DNA of 64,000 nt from Leucoraja ocellata (taxonomy: Eukaryota): positions 6,634,001 to 6,698,000 of the forward strand of contig JAWMAR010000015.1 of assembly GCA_036785375.1 (NCBI GenBank), given 5' to 3'. Of the stretch, positions 62,466-64,000 are shown piece after piece (position 1 is the first letter of the stretch; the number at the start of each line of letters is the position of its first letter). The notes under the pieces were generated by a model. That model worked only from the letters and a program-made list of their open reading frames with translations. It ran no database searches and was not told where the DNA came from. Both the position numbers and the translations under genes were made by a program.

Positions 62466-64000
62466 GTGAGTTAGTACCCAGCATACAGAGAGTAGCAGAA
62501 CCTATATCAAGTGACCCCTGAGCCCACTGAGCCCATGTAAAGAGTAGCCCCTGATCAACCATGGGGATGATCAGCATTGAATGGCGGTGCTGGCTCGAAG
62601 GGCCGAATGGCCTACTCCTGCACCTATTGTCTATTGGCCCCTGACCCAATTGGTCATACAATGTAACCCCGGACCTTGTTTAACCTGTCTGCTGAGAAAT
62701 TCCTGTCTGCCTTCACTCTGTGTGCAGAGGGAAACATCTTTCCCAATGACCCCATTTATGTGGTGACTTTGATCCCACTCACCTCATTGACCTAGCCTGA
62801 CCATGCTTCACCCTGTGTACAGAGTGACCTCTCGCTCCATTCTACTCTGATCTTTCTCTCTTTAGCCTTCTGCACTCTTCCAATGAAAGTCAACATAGCT
62901 GGAAGAAAATCACCAAATTAAGATTTACATTTTCAAATAACCTGCCTCTGAGCCTGAGCTGGCCAACACTGATGCAATGTCTCCTGTAACAATTGCTTGG
63001 ATTTTCTCTCCTTAGATGCCAAGTGTTCTAGTTACTCCAAGTTTTCACTTTTCAGATTTCCAGGGACTGCTTTGCTCTGCATCTCAATCCCAGCAATGCT
63101 TTATTTTCTCTCCTTTGCCCTTGTTCACCCTTTATTTACAATCCCTCCATTCAGGTTTGGAGGTTAATTGGCTTCTGTAAATTGTCCTTTGTGTTACGAT
63201 AGAACTAATAATGGGTGATTATTGGTCGGCACGGGCTCAGTGGGCTGAAGGGCCTGGTTTCATGCTGTGCCTCTAAATTAAACTGAACTAAAATGTAAAG
63301 CTTGTCTGCAGTCAGATTTTCAGCCTCATTATAAAATGGCATTTCTTATTTATTCAGAAATACTAGATTTTTCTAAAATAGAAACCGTAGATGCTGGTGA
63401 GATTCAGCAGATCAGGCAGCATCTATGGAGAAAGAAACAGGATCAATCTTGGCTTTTCCCATTCATCGCCCTGTCTTTGACTGCAACACTGGCATTAGTG
63501 TCACCTGGACAACACTGGACATCCTATCGCAGGTATTCCCTGTCATCAATGGACCTCTTACGTGCTAAGGGTGAATTTACCGATCTTCCATCGACCTCTT
63601 TACTGTCCTTGCGTTTTTGTTCTCTGCACTTTCCCTGTAGCTGTAATACCATTGTCTGCACTGATTCCTTTCTCACTTTGCACACTACCTGGTGTACTCG
63701 TGTATGGTATAATTTGCCTGGATAGCATGTAAAGCCAAGTTTATCACTGTGTCACAGTACGTGTGACAATAATAAACCAATACGCTTTGATTATTCACCT
63801 TTCAGTTCTGAACCTCAACATCTAGACCCCACTGAGAACACCATTGTACCTAGTGACCCTATGTACAGAATGACCCTTGGACCCACTGACCCTGTGTACA
63901 GAGTGAATCCTGAACCTGGTGACTAGTTCACAGATTTATCCCAAACACATTGACCCAGTATGCACTGTGTCCTCTATTCACACAAATGTAGTGTGCTGTG

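Overview
Vertebrate genomic DNA. The repeat content (CR1, Rex1/L2-like LINEs, Penelope, tRNA-SINEs) suggests a cartilaginous fish, probably a skate or ray (inference). The + strand carries the 5' part of a MICAL3-like F-actin monooxygenase gene. I traced 13 canonical coding exons (9900-37397) encoding the FAD monooxygenase domain, the CH domain and the post-CH SPISFL..LGQ motif. Exon 7 has three 1-nt insertions and a premature stop (assembly error or disablement). The main unexpected feature follows exon 13. Instead of the usual linker and LIM exons, 39359-62465 holds a tandem array of 23 homologous phase-0 micro-exons. 22 are stop-free and 42, 45 or 48 nt long, and one is dead. They fall into two sequence families (DNLGREPM.. 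and DY.R.VT.MK.A.KQ), sit in duplicated intron units with a 33-nt minisatellite, and could add up to about 331 aa of 15-aa repeats between the CH and LIM domains. The array probably continues past the window. TE boundaries are approximate.
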